Assembly: GCF_046119375.1 (NCBI RefSeq)
Contig: NW_027362770.1
Location: forward strand, 79,298,001-79,362,000
Reading direction: 5' to 3'
Length of the DNA stretch: 64,000 bases
Source: Phyllobates terribilis
Lineage: Eukaryota
Shown here one piece after another: positions 47,300 through 61,101 of this stretch. The stretch's first letter is position 1, and the number at the start of each line of letters is the position of its first letter. The notes beneath the pieces are model-generated. The model ran no database searches and had not been told where the DNA came from. It was given only the letters and a program-made list of their open reading frames with translations. The translations under genes were made by a program, and so were the position numbers.

Positions 47300-48190
47300 G
47301 TAAGTAACTATTTTTAACAGCGAACTGTTGTCAATAACTTCGCTAACACACTGCAACAAAATTTCAATTGAGGCCAGAAATGGCAGAATTTTCATCTCAC
47401 TAATATGTGATCCGTATGATGGAAAAACCTGTTATGATCTGCAACATGTACTAAGGAAAGAAAGGGGAAAGCTGTCCCTACAGTAAAACTAAGCTGAATC
47501 CCTATGATGTAGCGGGCTGCCTGTTCCTTGTGAACAGACCCGCCTTAGTCTTAGGCTAGTCTGAACGAAGACCTATAGCATAAGGGGAGGGGCCCCTAAA
47601 AGAACTAAGGACTGGAACAAAAATGGGACACCTCCTAAACAGAGAAGTTGTTGCAGAACACAAAAAGACAAACTGACACAAAGGTACTAGAGGTCCCAGA
47701 AGGACCAATCAAACTGACAGAGAAGGGCACCAAAGCACCTGGCTAGAGAAACAGTCAAAACAACACTGAAGTTCAGCACAGCCAGGAGGGCGGAGCTGGA
47801 ATATAAAGACAGATGGTCATGTGACAGCAAAACACAAGATGGAAAAAAACAAACAGGAGGGTTCTAACAAAACCACAGTTTTAAATAGCTGGCCTGTAGG
47901 TAACTATTTTTAACAGCAAACTAGTGTCAATAACTTCGCTAACACACTGCAACAAAATTTCAATGGAGGCCAGAAATGGCAGAATTTTCAGCGCAGTTAT
48001 ATGTGATCCGTGTGACAGACAAACCACAGTTTTAAATAGCTGGCCTCTAGGTAACTATTTTTAACAGCGACCTCATGTCAATAACTTCACTGACACACTG
48101 CAACAAAATTTCAATGGAGGCCAGAAATGGCAGAATTTTCAGTGCACTTATATGTGATCCGTGTGGTGGACAAACGACAGTTTTAAATGT
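47300..48190. repeat. 151-bp 5' subterminal repeat of hAT-2 (3 units, split by a solo LTR)
   Basis: ATAACTTC.CT.ACACACTGCAACAAAATTTCAA near 47335, 47931 and 48082; spacing is 151 bp once the 445-bp insertion is removed. Confidence 0.85.
47430..47869. mobile_element. Solo LTR, 440 bp, unrelated family
   Basis: TGTTA...TAACA termini; 5-bp TSD AAACC at 47425-47429 and 47870-47874; absent from the sister repeat units. Confidence 0.85.
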
Positions 48191-49422
48191 TTTTTTTATC
48201 GCTATTATATGGAAAGGATCTGGCTGTATTCTGCAGTGCCAACAAGCAAATGGAGCAGAAAAACAGTGTTCTCTGGATTGCTTTTTAAGCAAATAATCAG
48301 GATTAATATCCAAGAAAAAATTATTCCTGGCCCCTGATACCTGGGGCTATTTCTAGAAATATCTGTAACAGCAGCAGCAGACAGAACTGGAATGGACCCT
48401 CTTGCTTTGTGCACTGCAGTCTGCTATATACCCTGCCTGCCTAGCACTGATATCTATGCAGCTGTTTTAGTCCTCAGAAGGACTGTTAGTTGAGATGGAA
48501 ATGTGAATAATATTTGCTTGTATATCTACACTAACAAAGAAACAAACAAATCTCTCCCTAGCTCAGCAGCACCTTTCCCTACACTGTCTGATTCCGGAGT
48601 AGACTGTGATGAGCATGGCAGCGCCAGGTGTGATATAGACCTGATGACGCTGTGCTGACAGCCAATCACTGTAATGACATAACCAACATGGCTGCGGCAT
48701 TACAGTGTTTGGCAGACAATCCCTGCATGTTCATTGGTGCTCTAAAGAGCACCAAACATACAGGGAGGGGACCCGAGCTCCCGCCCGAGCAACCCCGGAA
48801 ATACTCGGCGAGCGCCGAGCATCTCGAGCAGTGAGATGTTGGGGCGAGCAATGAGTAGTAGCGAGCATGCTCGCTCATCACTACATATCACATTATATAC
48901 TGTATATAGTATGATATACATACAGTGAGTGACAGTTCATCGTACTGACATTATAATAAAGTGCATTATAGTGATCACAATAAAAGAGCAATATAAAGAT
49001 TACATGAGAAAGATTAATTATTAATCAAGAAGCAGCTGTATATGATTAATCATGCCATGACTCACCCTATTATATTTTAAAAAAAGTGCCAATATCTGCA
49101 TCTTACTAAATTTACTGAACATGTCAGAAGGAAGAAAGGAAGAGGATAAGAGTAATATCGCACATGCACAAAGACGCTATGAGGTATCCAGCGCCATATT
49201 GGTAAAGGTGCAAAAGTATGTCAAAGTAATTCCAGAGTAATCCTCAATTTTTTTGACATGTAAATGAGCTGTTCCAGGCTATGAAAGGGAGTGATATACA
49301 ATGACTGACAAGTCTGCTCTACATAAAAAAAAAGAAAAGAAAACTAGGGCCCACACACCCTTAGTATTATATTAATGAACAGGTGCACAAATACGTTATG
49401 TGGCCAATATAAAAAACATATA

Positions 49423-52096
49423 CAGCTCTGGCAAAAATTAATAGACCACTGCACAGTTTTCTAAAAATCCCCATCTCTACATGTCTGACAGTCATTCTGA
49501 CTCGCCCCCTGGGCCGTGGGGCACTCGGATCCGGGCAATAGGGAACGATGGGAGTAGTAGTGGCAACCCGGTTCCGTGGCTCAGGGTGGTCAGGCCAGTG
49601 GTAGTCCGTTATATTGATTATGTCCGACTACGCCACCCGTGGATTGCGGTTATTAGGAACCGCCGCTGCATGCAGACCGCTGGGGCTGATGAAGTGTGCA
49701 GCTATGGTAGTGTGACTCCCCACGGGAAGAGTGCAGCCCCAGGGCAGTATAATGGATGTTGGGAGTGATGGTAGTGGGAGTCCCAGTGCTGATAGTGCTG
49801 GAGGAGCAAGGAGCACACAGACAACAGGTTGCAGTCCAGGGTCTTTACTAAACAGGTAAACTGACCCACAAACAGTCCCAGCTAGGAGGGGACCTGGATG
49901 TCTGAGAGCAACGGGGAAATTGGCCCTGGTCAGGGTGAGGGTGTAGGCCTACCGTGCTTTCTGCGCTCCTTCTGGCTATCTCCTCCTGATAGGGTAACAG
50001 CCCACGTTTCCGAGCTTCCGTGCTTTCTCGCCTGTATGGCCTGCGACGTGGGTTCCTTTCTGCTCCCAGCCTTGTACGGCTTTACTGGTCCCTTCGGTTG
50101 TGGCAGGGCCTCCAGGCTTCTTAGGCCAAGGAATGTACAGTCCCTTGCGGACTGGTTCTCTGCTGGGGGATGTGGAATCCTTCCAGCCTCAGACACCAAA
50201 GTCTGGTAAAATTAAGTCTTTTCTCTGCCAAGACAGGCTCACTGCGCCTCTTGTCTCTGGCTGGTGGCTCTCTCCTACTGCCACACTTCCTCTTAGGTGC
50301 AATCAACTTTCTGTCCCTGCTCCACTCTGGGACACGTCCCAAAGCTGAGACAGGCAATCCAGTTCTCTCTAACACTGTCCCCAGTACCAGCTTTTATAGG
50401 AGCAGCCTGCTCCCCCTACTGGCCTGAGACAGGAGGCATTGCATGCTAATGTTCCCCTGACCAGAGAACCTCCCCCTTGCTCTCAGACACAGCTTTATTA
50501 CACTTGTGGCATCCAGGTAGGGTGACACAATTCCATTCCAGTGTCAGTTGAATTCCAACCAAAGTCCACCTCATTCTACTTTATGTGCTTCTGATTAGGT
50601 GATCACCTGAACCAAATCTTATGTAACGAGGGAAAGTATAAAAAACAATGCTGTGGCCTTCACAATCCTCTTGCAACAAGACAAGCTGGATGGCAAAACA
50701 AGTGCTAGGAATAGCCCAAAAGTAATCTGAATGAAAAAATTACTTTTAACCATGCCAAAGGAGTTGAAAAGGAAAGTCTTGAGTGAGGAAAAGAAGATCT
50801 CAATTCTAGCTTTACTAGCAGAGGGATATAGTGAGCGTCATGTTGCCTCCATCCTTAAAATTTCAAAGACGGCAGTCCATTACAACAAGGTCAAGCAGCA
50901 GACATTGGGGACACCAAAGCTACAGACCGGCAGAGGGTGAAAGCGACTTTCCACTGACCGGGATGACCATCATGTTATTAAATGTCACTCAGCAACCGCA
51001 GGATGACATCAAGTGACCTACAAAAGGAATGGCAAATGGCAGCTGGGGTGAAGTGCACGGCAAGAACAGTCCGTAACAGGCTCCTAGATGCAGGCCTCGA
51101 ATCATGTAAAGCTAGTAAAAAGCCTTTCATCAATGAGAAGCAAAGGAGAGCCAGGCTGAAGTTTGCCAAAGACCATAAGGATTGGACCATAGAGGACCGG
51201 AGTAAGGTAATCTTCTCTGATGAGTCTAATTTTCAGCTTTTCCCAACACCTGGTCATCTAATGGTTAGACGGAGACCTGGAGAGGCATACAAGCCACAGT
51301 GTCTTGCACCCACTGTGAAATTTGGTGGAGGATCAGTGATGATCTGGGGATGCTTCAGCAAGGCTGGAATTGGGCAGGTTAATCTTTGCGAAGGACTTAG
51401 GACATATGAATTAAGCCGCATACAAGGTTATCCTTGAAAAACACTTGCTTCCTTCTGCTCAGGCAATGTTCCCCAACTCTGAGGACTGTTTTTTCCAGCA
51501 GGACAATGCCCCATGCCACACAGCTAGGTCAATCAATGTGTGGATGAAGTAGCACCACATCAAGACCCTGTCACGGCCAGCCCAATCTCCAGACCTGAAC
51601 CCTATTGAAAACCTCTGGAATGTAATCAAGAGGAAGATGGATAGTCACAAGCCATCAGACAAAGAAGAACTGCTTAAATTTTTGTGCCAGGAGTGGCATA
51701 AGTTCACCCAAAAGCAGTGTGAAAGACTGGTGGAAAGCATGCCAAGACGCATGAAAGCTGTGATTAAAAATCATGGTTATTCCACCAAATACTGATTTCT
51801 GAACTCTTCCTGAGTTAAAACATGAGTATTGTTGTTTCTAAATGAATAAGAACTTGTATTCTTTGCATTATTTGAGGTCTGAAAGCACTGTTTCTCTGTT
51901 TCTTTTTTATTATTTTGATGATTTCTCATTTGCTACAAATAAATACAAAATCTTTAGCTTTGAATTTCGGAGACATGTTGTCAGGAGTTTATAGAATAAA
52001 ACAACAATATACATTTTACTCAAAAATATACCTATAAAGAGAAAAATCAGAGAAAATGAAAATTTTGCAGTGGTCTCTTAATTTTTGCCAGAGCTG
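49423..52096 (+). mobile_element. Tc1 (DD34E) transposon, full span, with nested solo LTR
   Basis: TIRs CAGCTCTGGCAAAAATTAA with TA flanks; disrupted transposase 50752-51795 (IFSDESNF, FQQDNAPCH...SPDLNPIENLW). Confidence 0.93.
49498..50529 (-). mobile_element. Solo LTR (family of the 36460 Gypsy element)
   Basis: Reverse-complement termini TGTGTCACC...GGGGGCGAGTCA; TSD ATTC at 49494-49497 and 50530-50533. Confidence 0.88.
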
Positions 52097-52289
52097 TACA
52101 TACACTGTGCGTCAGCACACTGCAAATGATGAATACATGAACTCCAATATTGCTGTTAAAGTTAACATTATGAAGTCTTGTTTGGCACATTGAGAGGTAA
52201 GACATTTAGTGGTTAGTGACCACCTATATTAAAAGGTACACCTTGATGTGGTTGGATGGGTTTTGCACTCTTTGATCAAAAACGAACTA

Positions 52290-53740
52290 CTGTATTTTTC
52301 GTAGTATAAAACTAACTTTTTTCCCCCCAAATTTGGGGGAAAATGGGGTGCGTCTTTTAGTCCGAATGTGGCTCTTATAATGCCTGCTGTGGTGTGGGGA
52401 GGCGGCGGCGTCAGCGGCAGTGACAAAGCGCGGTCAAAAGGCAGGGAGCGGGGTCACACAGCAGGGATCAGCGGGCGCCGCCATGAATTCACTAAAGCTG
52501 TGTTAGACAGGAGGAAGTGGACAGGGGGGTGCTGTGCGTTGTGCTGTTCTGCGTTGCTCTGGCCCTGTCCAACCTCTTTGTAACATCACTGTGACGCGCC
52601 CCTGGGCCTGAGTCGCGCAGCGTTGCGCACGCGGGAGCCTACCCGGAGCCGGATCGGATAGGGGTAGTAGTCTCGTGGTGATGACCCGGTCCGTGCCCAG
52701 GGAGTCAGACTAAGTGGCGGTATATTAGCAGTAGATGTAGGATGACTACGCCACCCGTTGAATGCAGCTATGGAGCTGCCACTGCAGGGCAGACCGCTGA
52801 GGCCGGTGGAAGGATGGTGCAGCGTGGATGGTGTAACCCCCAACGGGAGGGGTATGGCCTCAGGGCAGCCGACGTGGATGATGGGGGTAGCAGGAACCAC
52901 TCAGAGACGATGCGGTGTACTTCAGGGTCTTTACTGGTGACAAAGATAGACCCTCCCGGAGTACTGGCTAGCGGTCGGGGCCTGGTCAGTCCTTGAGCAG
53001 ATGGGATCCCCCTTGGCCAGGCGGAGTTGTAGGCCTCCCCAACTAATTGTACTCTTCTGGCTTCCTTGCTAGAGGCGGGTAAAGGTAGCCCACGTCCCTG
53101 AGTGTACCGTGTGGTGCTCACCCGTATGGCCGGTGACTCGGGGCCTTCTAGTGGCTTCCGCTCCACGACGGCGGTGCTGGTCCCACGCGTGTGACCGTGC
53201 CTTCGGGTTTCTTGGCCAGAGGACCTGAAATCCCCTGCCGGTCGGTTTCTGCTGCTGGGTCAGGGTTAATCCCCACAGCCTCGGACTCCGGGTCCGGTGG
53301 TAACTCTTCAATCAGGGCGAGCTCTTCAGCTGCCAGCCCCTGATTCCTTTTAGCACTGCTCCCACTGAGCTCCTGATCTTTCTTTCCTAAGCTGCTCCTC
53401 TTCTTCTCTCTAACCCTGCCTCAGCCCCAGTTTTATATAGGGGAAGTCCTTCCCCTCCCAGGACCGGGCAGGAGGTGTGGCATGAATAGGATTGCTGACC
53501 AAGAGACCTCCCACCTGCTCTCAGACATAACATTGCTATTACTGTGGAGACCAGACCCCTGGGGTGCCACAACTGCAGCACGTGACGGGAGTCGTCCACT
53601 TCCTACTATCTAACACAGCTTTAGTGAATTCATGGCGGCGCCGCTGATCCCTGCTGTGTGATCCCTCTCCCTGCTGCTCCATCTTCGCCGCTGCCGCCGC
53701 CTCCCGACACCACAGTAAGCATTATAACAGCTACATTCAC
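52290..53740. mobile_element. Palindromic MITE interrupted by a solo LTR
   Basis: Inverted arms ~52360-52520 vs ~53590-53740 (CAGCAGGGATCAGCGG.CGCCGCCATGAATTCACTAAAGCTGTGTTAGA and its complement). Confidence 0.6.
52592..53571 (-). mobile_element. Solo LTR closely related to the 36460/43271 LTRs
   Basis: Reverse-complement termini TGTGGCACCCCAGGGG...GGGGCGCGTCA; TSD ACTG at 52588-52591 and 53572-53575. Confidence 0.92.
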
Positions 53741-54306
53741 TGTAGTTTAAGGTAAAAAAAGCACATATGGTAAAACACTGTACCACTGTGGTGAACTATA
53801 ACTCCTAGCATGCCATAGGAGCTGCAGGACATGCTAGGAGTTATAGTTCTCCTCAAGGCAACCACATGACATAAATGGTACCTATGGGATCTTAAAGAGG
53901 ACATACCATACGTGGCTGAAGTCATACAGCCAGAACCTGCCTGTGGATCGAGCAGCATGTATCAGGTACTGGCTGTAGACTTTAGCCACATATGTTTTTT
54001 GGCGTTTCAAAGAAAAACATACGGTACGGTTGTTTAAAAGCCACGGGGTCCGAGCTGCACTGGAGACTAGTCGGACAGGTGGGTCCCCGGTGGCGGAGGT
54101 GGTTTGTTTCACAGCAAAAGACATATGTGTGCAATAACAGATCTGTACTATGCTTCATGCTGCACGCGACAGGTTCAACCAGAATGATCCTTCATTGGAA
54201 TTGTAAGGTGCTGCGGAATATGTTGGCACTATAGAAATAAAAATTATTATTAAATTATTATTTGAAAACTAATGTATGTCCTAAAAAATATGATTGTTCA
54301 CTTTAA

Positions 54307-54558
54307 AGGGAATCTGTCACTTCCCCAAATGCTATTAACCTGCAGATTTGGGGTTAATCTCAGGTTAATAGCTTTCCAAAGCTGCCCGGCCACCACACTA
54401 GAAGCCCGTCTACCAGGAGGAAATTAACTTTATTCCTCCGGGTAGCCTCCAGCTCTCAATGAGGGCGCCAGACGGCTTTATAATGCTATTAATCTGCAGA
54501 TTAACCCCAAATCTGCAAGTCAATAGTGTTTGTGTGACGTAATATGTTCCCTCTAAAC
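54307..54558. mobile_element. T2/Kolobok-type MITE
   Basis: TTAA + AGGGAATCTGTCA left end; degenerate TTCCCTCTAA right end; internal inverted segments. Confidence 0.55.
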
Positions 54559-55070
54559 ATTTTAGGACTTAATCATCATTAAATACCGTTTTCTAGCTTT
54601 ACATATTTACATTTAAATTGATTTTCCCAAAATCAAAACTTAATATCCATTCCTTTTTCTTTTAAACATCTTTTTATTGAAAGTTTTATATAGAAAGATA
54701 ACAATACAGAAAAGGGAAAGGGGGGAAAGAAACATAAAATCAATATAAGTCATTTTCAGTAATACAACTAGTTTTCATTTTGAGATCACAGCAAAGTCTA
54801 AAATTATTATGCAATGGTAATATGCTCGGTAATCATAGAAGCTAAAATATTGTTGATCTGTATATATAATAAAAAGAGGAAAATAATGATATACTAACAA
54901 ACTGTTATGAGCTATCTTATGAGAGAAAATGATCCGGAAAAGAGATTCAAGTAATAGGGGAGGAGATTATGAATATGAGGTAAGAAGAAGGGGGGAGAAC
55001 AAGGGAGGGGGGTAGGGAAAGGTGAAGGAAGATATTTAGTCTGAGAAATCAAAATTTTTATTTTTATATT

Positions 55071-58000
55071 TTATATTCTAGAGAAGTTGTTGCGCCAGGG
55101 AAGCCAGATTTCTACAAATCGCTTATGATTTTTCATTTCCCACCTCGCCAGTTCCTCCAGTCTATATACCTGTTCCACTTTTGCTTTCCAGTGTAATATA
55201 GTTGGAGCAATGTCTGATTTCCACATAGAGGGTATAATGACTCTCGCAGAGGCCAGAAGTTGTCTCAATAGGATTTGTTTATTTTTGGGCAAATCTTCTG
55301 GGAACAAATGTAATAGAAAGATTTCTGGGGAAGCAGGCAGTTGTAGTCGAAGAATCTTGTGCATCAGTGAGCCCTCTACTGTAGAGCATCTCGAGCAGTT
55401 AGGGCTGAGTTCCTTGTTGAATTTGTGCAGTTTTGCCATCTGGTAAGAACTTTGTAACCATTCTCTTGTAATCTAATGCATCTGGATACCAATTTCGGGG
55501 CAAGTAATATTCTTTGAAACTCATAGCTCTAACAAACCCACCAAAGAAAACCTTAGTGGAACTATACAAACAATAAGCCTCCTCAGACTCCCTAGGAAAA
55601 CTTCCCTTCTTAACCAAATGGGAAACACATCTAGGCAGGTCTTTCTCCTCATCTGAAATTAAAAGTCTGTTGTATCCCTATTTAAATTAGGTGCTTTCCA
55701 TATAAATTTGAATTCTTCTCTGGAGGTGGTGTATCCTTTATCGAGTATTTCTTGTAGAGTTGTTGTAGAGTTACATATAGTACTATGGATTGTAGCGATT
55801 TGTGTTGTTGAGGAGGATAGAAGTATGTCTCTAATTTGTAGAAGGGGGGATGGGTAAGGAGAGCAGAGTTGTCTGATGTGCGTTTGAGACCATATTTTGT
55901 ATGTTGTAGTTGTGAATGGGTTTTTAATCAGGTCAGGTTTTCTGTTATGGTGTGCAGGAAATATGAGTTGTCTGAATGGGAGTTTAATGTACTCTTCCTC
56001 TATTTTGATCCAGGATTTGTGTGATGAGTGTCTAATCCAATCAAGGATCTTTGAAGATGAACGGCATGCTGAAACATGCGGAGGTCTGGCAGATCTATAC
56101 CCCCTTTGTAGTGTGAGCGAGTTAGTATTTGTAGAGCGATTCTGGGTTTCTGGTTGTGCCAGAGAAAATGGCTAAAAAAATTTTGTATGTCAGTGAAGAG
56201 GGATTTCGGGAGGTGGATGGGGATAGCTCGTATCAAATAGGTGATCTTGGGCCAGATTATGCTTCTAAGTAGGCTTTTCCTTCCCATCCAAGAGTCCACT
56301 TTTGAGTAAGGTTAGTGATATTTTGGAGCGGGGGGGGGGGGGATTAAGTTTGAAAAGCTCTTGTAGTTTGGCCGAGAAATCATGATCCCCAGGAATCGGA
56401 TGGAAGACGGAGTCCAGTCAAACGGAGAACTGGATTCAAGTTGTGTCTTTAAAGGGGCCGGAACATTTATATTCAATACTTGTAATTTGTTTAGATTATG
56501 AAAAGCAATGGGGAGAGGGGGCAACCCTGTCTGGTGCTGTTGAGGATATAGTTGAACTTGCGTGGTAGAACTACTATACATTGTGAAGATTGCTCTAATG
56601 ACTTGTTCTGGAATGTTGAACGCTGCTAGTGCTTCTCTCATATACAGCCAGTCAACGCGATCAAACGCTTTTTCTGCGTCTGTTCCCAAAAGTACTAACG
56701 GCACCGACGAGGACTGAGCATAATGGACCACCTGGATCACTCGATGAATGTTGTCTTTTCCCTCTCTGCCAGGGACAAATCCTCCCTGGTCAGGATTAAT
56801 CATGTCTGAGAGTAATCGTTTTAGTCTGTTGGCGAGAATTTTTGCATATAATTTAAGATCTCAGTTTAATAATAATATGGGTCTGTAACTGCTATTGTCC
56901 TTTCCTTCCTTGGGAATTATAGTAATCCTAGCTGCGAGCGTTTGTGTGTGAAAGGGACTGTTGTTTAAAGCCTCATTAAAGAGTCTCACAAGATAAGGGC
57001 TAATGAACGATCCAAAGGTATTGTAATAGAAAGAGGAGATGCTGTCAGGTCCTGGGGATTTATTTTCTGGTGCTGCGGAAATTACCTCTGTGACTTATTT
57101 TTCTGTGATTGGGGAGCATAGGGAGTTCATCTGGGTTTTTGAGATCTTATAAAGGGAAATGTTTTTTAAAAAGTTCTCGAATTTTTTCTGTTTTATTTAA
57201 GATGGGCCCTTGTTGTTGTGCTTCTAAATTATATCATTTTTCATAGTATTTTTTAAATTCAGAGGTTATCTCTTCTGTTTTATAAATTATAGGGTCAGTG
57301 TCGGTTTTCAGGCGGGAGATGAAAGATTTTGTTTTTTTTGTTTCTGACTTCAGACATCATAAACCTGGTTGGTTTGTCGCCGTGGGCATAGTATTTATTT
57401 TTGGAGTATAAGTAGCTTTTTGCAGACTGTAGGTTTAAAAGGTTGCTTAGCTTATTTCTCAGGTCGCTCAGAAGAGAGAAATGAGACAATAAAAGTTTTT
57501 TTTTGTGTTGTTTTTCAATACGTTGAATCTCATTAAGCAGATCTTGTTGTTCTTTCTCTTTTTTCTTTTTCACAAAAGCGGCCAGCGAAATAAGCTCTCC
57601 TCTAATATACGATTTGTGTGCCTCCCATAAGGTTTGGAGTGACACTTCTTTATTGTCGTTATTTTGAAAAAATTCTGACATCTTCCCGGTCAGCACCCTG
57701 CAGCTGTCTGGGTCTTTGAGCAGTACTTTGTTTAGTCTCCAACTGTATTCTTTTTTTATTTTAGGAATAATTATGCAGACTTCAACTGGAGAGTGGTCCG
57801 AAAATATATGGGTATCTATTTTAGGGTGGAGGAAATGAGCTGCATAAAGTGTTTGGACGAGGATGTAGTCAATCCTTTGGTAGGAATTGTGGGGTGCCGA
57901 AAAATGAGTATAGTCTTTAGTAGTGGGGTTAATGAGTCTCCATATGTCTATTAGATTAATCTTTTGAAGTCTATTTTTTAGCTTAGCGAGAGCCTTCATT

Positions 58001-58466
58001 GAGAAGACTGATTTCCCTGAGGAGGTATCTATATTTAGTTCTAGTGCTATATTAAAATCTCCTCCCAAGATTAGAACCCCTTCCATGAAATCCTGAAGTA
58101 AGTCTATTGTTTCAATGAGCCAGGCTATTTGACTTTTGTTTGGTGCATAGATATAGGTGTAAGACCTACTGTACCTTTTATAAAGATGTACCTACCCTCT
58201 TTATCCTTTAGTTGGTCAATTAGGGTAAAGGGAACTTGACTATTTATTCCAATACTGACTTTAGAATTTCCTGACTTAGAAGGGCTATTTACTCATTTGG
58301 AGAAGGGTGTTTTGGGGAAAGAAGGAATGTGTCCGTCTCTAAAGTGTGTTTCTTGTAGAAGGCAAAAGTCTGCTTTCTTTCTTTTAAGTTATTTAATGAC
58401 CTGACCATATTTTGATGGGAAGTTGATTCCTCTGACATTGTATGACAGAAATTTATAATTAGCCAT
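55071..58466 (-). pseudogene. L1 ORF2 (APE endonuclease, RT, C-terminal Cys motif)
   Basis: Starts MANYKFLSYNVRG at 58466; LGGDFN, SDHSPV, QGGFVPGR, DAEKAFDRVDW, TRQGCPLSP, CSRC..H. Stops, frameshifts, and a deletion removing the (F/Y)ADD region. Confidence 0.93.
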
Positions 58467-58924
58467 ACTTACATATGTAGAAGGGGGGTGGGCTTGAGCC
58501 TGGCTGTGAGATCTTCCTTATCAATTGCTCGGACCAATTGGTGGATTGTAAGGAGGGGGAAAAGCAGTAAGGGAGAAAGAGGACAAACATTAGAACATTA
58601 AACATGTTAAACTTTTTCAGAAGTTTTAGAGCTAGATATCTTGTGACTAAATCAGCACCTACTAATAAAATTGTGATCATTAAATACAATAACAACATGT
58701 ATCAGTAACGACATATGTCAAAAACAACACAAGGACTCTGCATAAGAAAATTGAATTATAACATTAACAATCAGTATGAACAATAAAGGCTTCAGCAAAA
58801 TGGGGCCTAGAATAGGAATGGGCCAATAGTCTCTGAACCAGAGACCATAAAAATTGGTCTCTTATCAGTCCTTTGGTGAAGAAAAGAAATGTAGACAGGG
58901 TCACTGCCTTAGCTTTGGTGTGGA

Positions 58925-59969
58925 TTATTCAGAGATCGGTCTTTTGGGAGTAAGTTTTCCCATTCTTTTCCTCTGTTTTCTTGTACGATTGGATGGGACA
59001 ATTTCCCAGGTCGGGGGTGGAGGAACCGGAAGCAAGGTCGTCAGATCCTGGACTAGGCTCCAGTCCTCAACCTGTATGTCGGGAAGATCCAAGATCGTGA
59101 GAGCTTCCTGCAAATCTTCTCTAGAACGTATGGAAAGTCTTTTACCTTCCACCAAAAATGAGATGCTGAAAGGAAACATCCAGGTGTAGAGAATTTTTTT
59201 CTTCCTTAAGGCGTCAGTCTGAGGGGAAAGGTCTTGGAAGATTAAGATTTGGACATCATTGAAAGACAGTTTATCCTTGCTCCTGGATTTCTTGAGGATA
59301 TCCTCTTTAACTTTATAGTTCAAGAGATGGCATATTATGTCTCGGGGAGGCTCGGGGGGGTTTGGGTTTTCTTCTAAGAGCCCTGTGAGCTCTTTCAATG
59401 ATGATCTCTTCCTGGTGATTTTCCCCTAATATCTGGATGAAGAAGACTTTTAATGTAGATGGAATGGATTCTGGGGGGACCGACTCTGGGAGACCTCTGA
59501 TTCGTAAGTTGTTTTGGGTTCCTCTATTCTCTTGGTCTTCTAGGGGCTCAAAAGCCGAGTTCAGGTAGTGTTGGCACTTTTGAAAACTTTCTGCCGTCAC
59601 ACCAGAGAAATTGCATAAGGATTCTTGGGTTGTTTCAAGTGTTTTGACTGTGGATCCTATATGTGTTATCACTTGTTTTAAGTCTTTAATTTTTTTCAAA
59701 AGAGGATCCAAAGACGAGTAGAGAGCTTTTTGAATAAAGGTACGGGAGGCAGGTCTTGTGTCTTGTGTGTCATCTTCAATATCACTATCTTGTTCTTCAT
59801 TTAGCCGGAGTTTTACTGTTGTGAAGAGATCTTTGGAAAGGGGCGGTGTTTTATTAGGAGGCATTACAATAGGTACATTGGTTTTCTTAACAAATTTTTC
59901 CATCTCTCCTTTTATATTTTTTGAATGAGTGTTAACTTCTCTGGTGGGCCCCCAACCTATTTTAACCAT
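58925..59969 (-). pseudogene. L1 ORF1 (coiled coil, RRM, CTD), frameshifted
   Basis: EDQENRGTQNNLRIRGLPES, IERAHRAL, IFQDLS and WMFPF motifs across ORFs 59313-59969 and 58925-59398. Confidence 0.92.
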
Positions 59970-61101
59970 TTTGCTCGAGAATTTTTTTTTTTTTGTTGAA
60001 TAGTAATTTTAGAGTTCCGTGTTGCTTCTTAGAGGGATCACATAGTAGGAGGTAGTTTAATAGAAGTTATGCATGTGTAGATAAAGTTTTGCAGTCAGAA
60101 AGAAAAAAGGTATTATTCCACTATTGACCACTGGATGTCACCAGAGTCTCACTGTCCTTGTTAGTACAGTAATGACATAGAGGTTGCTATTGATCACAGT
60201 TAGTGCAGTGACACTATAATATCATTTCAGTAGAAAGGTAAAGTTCTCTTTTTTTCCTTTTTCTTTCCTTCTTCAGGGTGGGCATAGTTACAGAGGGAGG
60301 GAGGGCTGGAGAAAATTATATTTATTTCTCTATTTCTTGTAACCCACTACACAGAGGCTGGGGAAAGAGTATGAGCCCTCTGGCGGGAGATGGATGCTGG
60401 AGGAGGTGCAGGGGGGATCAGGTGAGGACACAGTCTGGAGCCTCTGTCTCAGGGGGTCTTCTGCGCAGTTAAGATGGCGGTGGCTCTAGATGGATGGCGG
60501 GAAGAAGACCTCAGGCCGCTGTCTTAGCTCAGTGATCTGGGCAGGGATCTGTTTTCTCCAGCGCTCTGGCAGCGGCGCTCCTCCACAGCCTCCGCAGACT
60601 CACCAGACACCGCAGCAGGTTAGGTGCTAGTTCCGGGGAGGTAGGCACCCCGTTAGTGGGACCGCATCGCCAGGGCCAATATTCTCCTGTCTTCACCTAC
60701 CTCCGTTCTCGAGGCTCCTTTGGCTGGTTGGTGCCTCTGGGCTGTGGGATTGCAGTGGCAGCTGCACCTCCTTCTGAGCTGTACTCTCCTGTCCTAGGGA
60801 CCGTGCGGGGCAGCGGTAATCACCTTCACCTTCAGGGGGCCCTGATTTCAGCTCCGAGGTGTCTTCCTTAGTGCACGAGAGCGCTGTGCTATGCGCTCTC
60901 AGGCTAGATTACAGCTTCTGGCTTTACAATAGGCCTGAGACTTCTGAGCTGCATAGAGGCTCAAAATGGAGCTATATATGGTCTTGGGGTATTTTAGGTG
61001 GTGGATGGTGCAATAAATCCACAGATTTTAAGGGGATTTGCTTTTGGGCCCAGGAGCTCTCAGATTTGCGACCTTCTCCTACAGCAGCTAGACATGCCCC
61101 C

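Larger units (their letters stand above)
34935..48883 (-). mobile_element. hAT DNA transposon copy 2 (hAT-2), complete ends, decayed, with nested Gypsy and solo LTR
   Basis: TIRs TAGTGATGGGCAAGCA / TAGTGATGAGCGAGCA (reverse complement). TSD CATTTCAC (34927-34934) vs CATATCAC (48884-48891), 7/8 match. GCTCG/CGAGC subterminal motif clusters. Confidence 0.88.
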
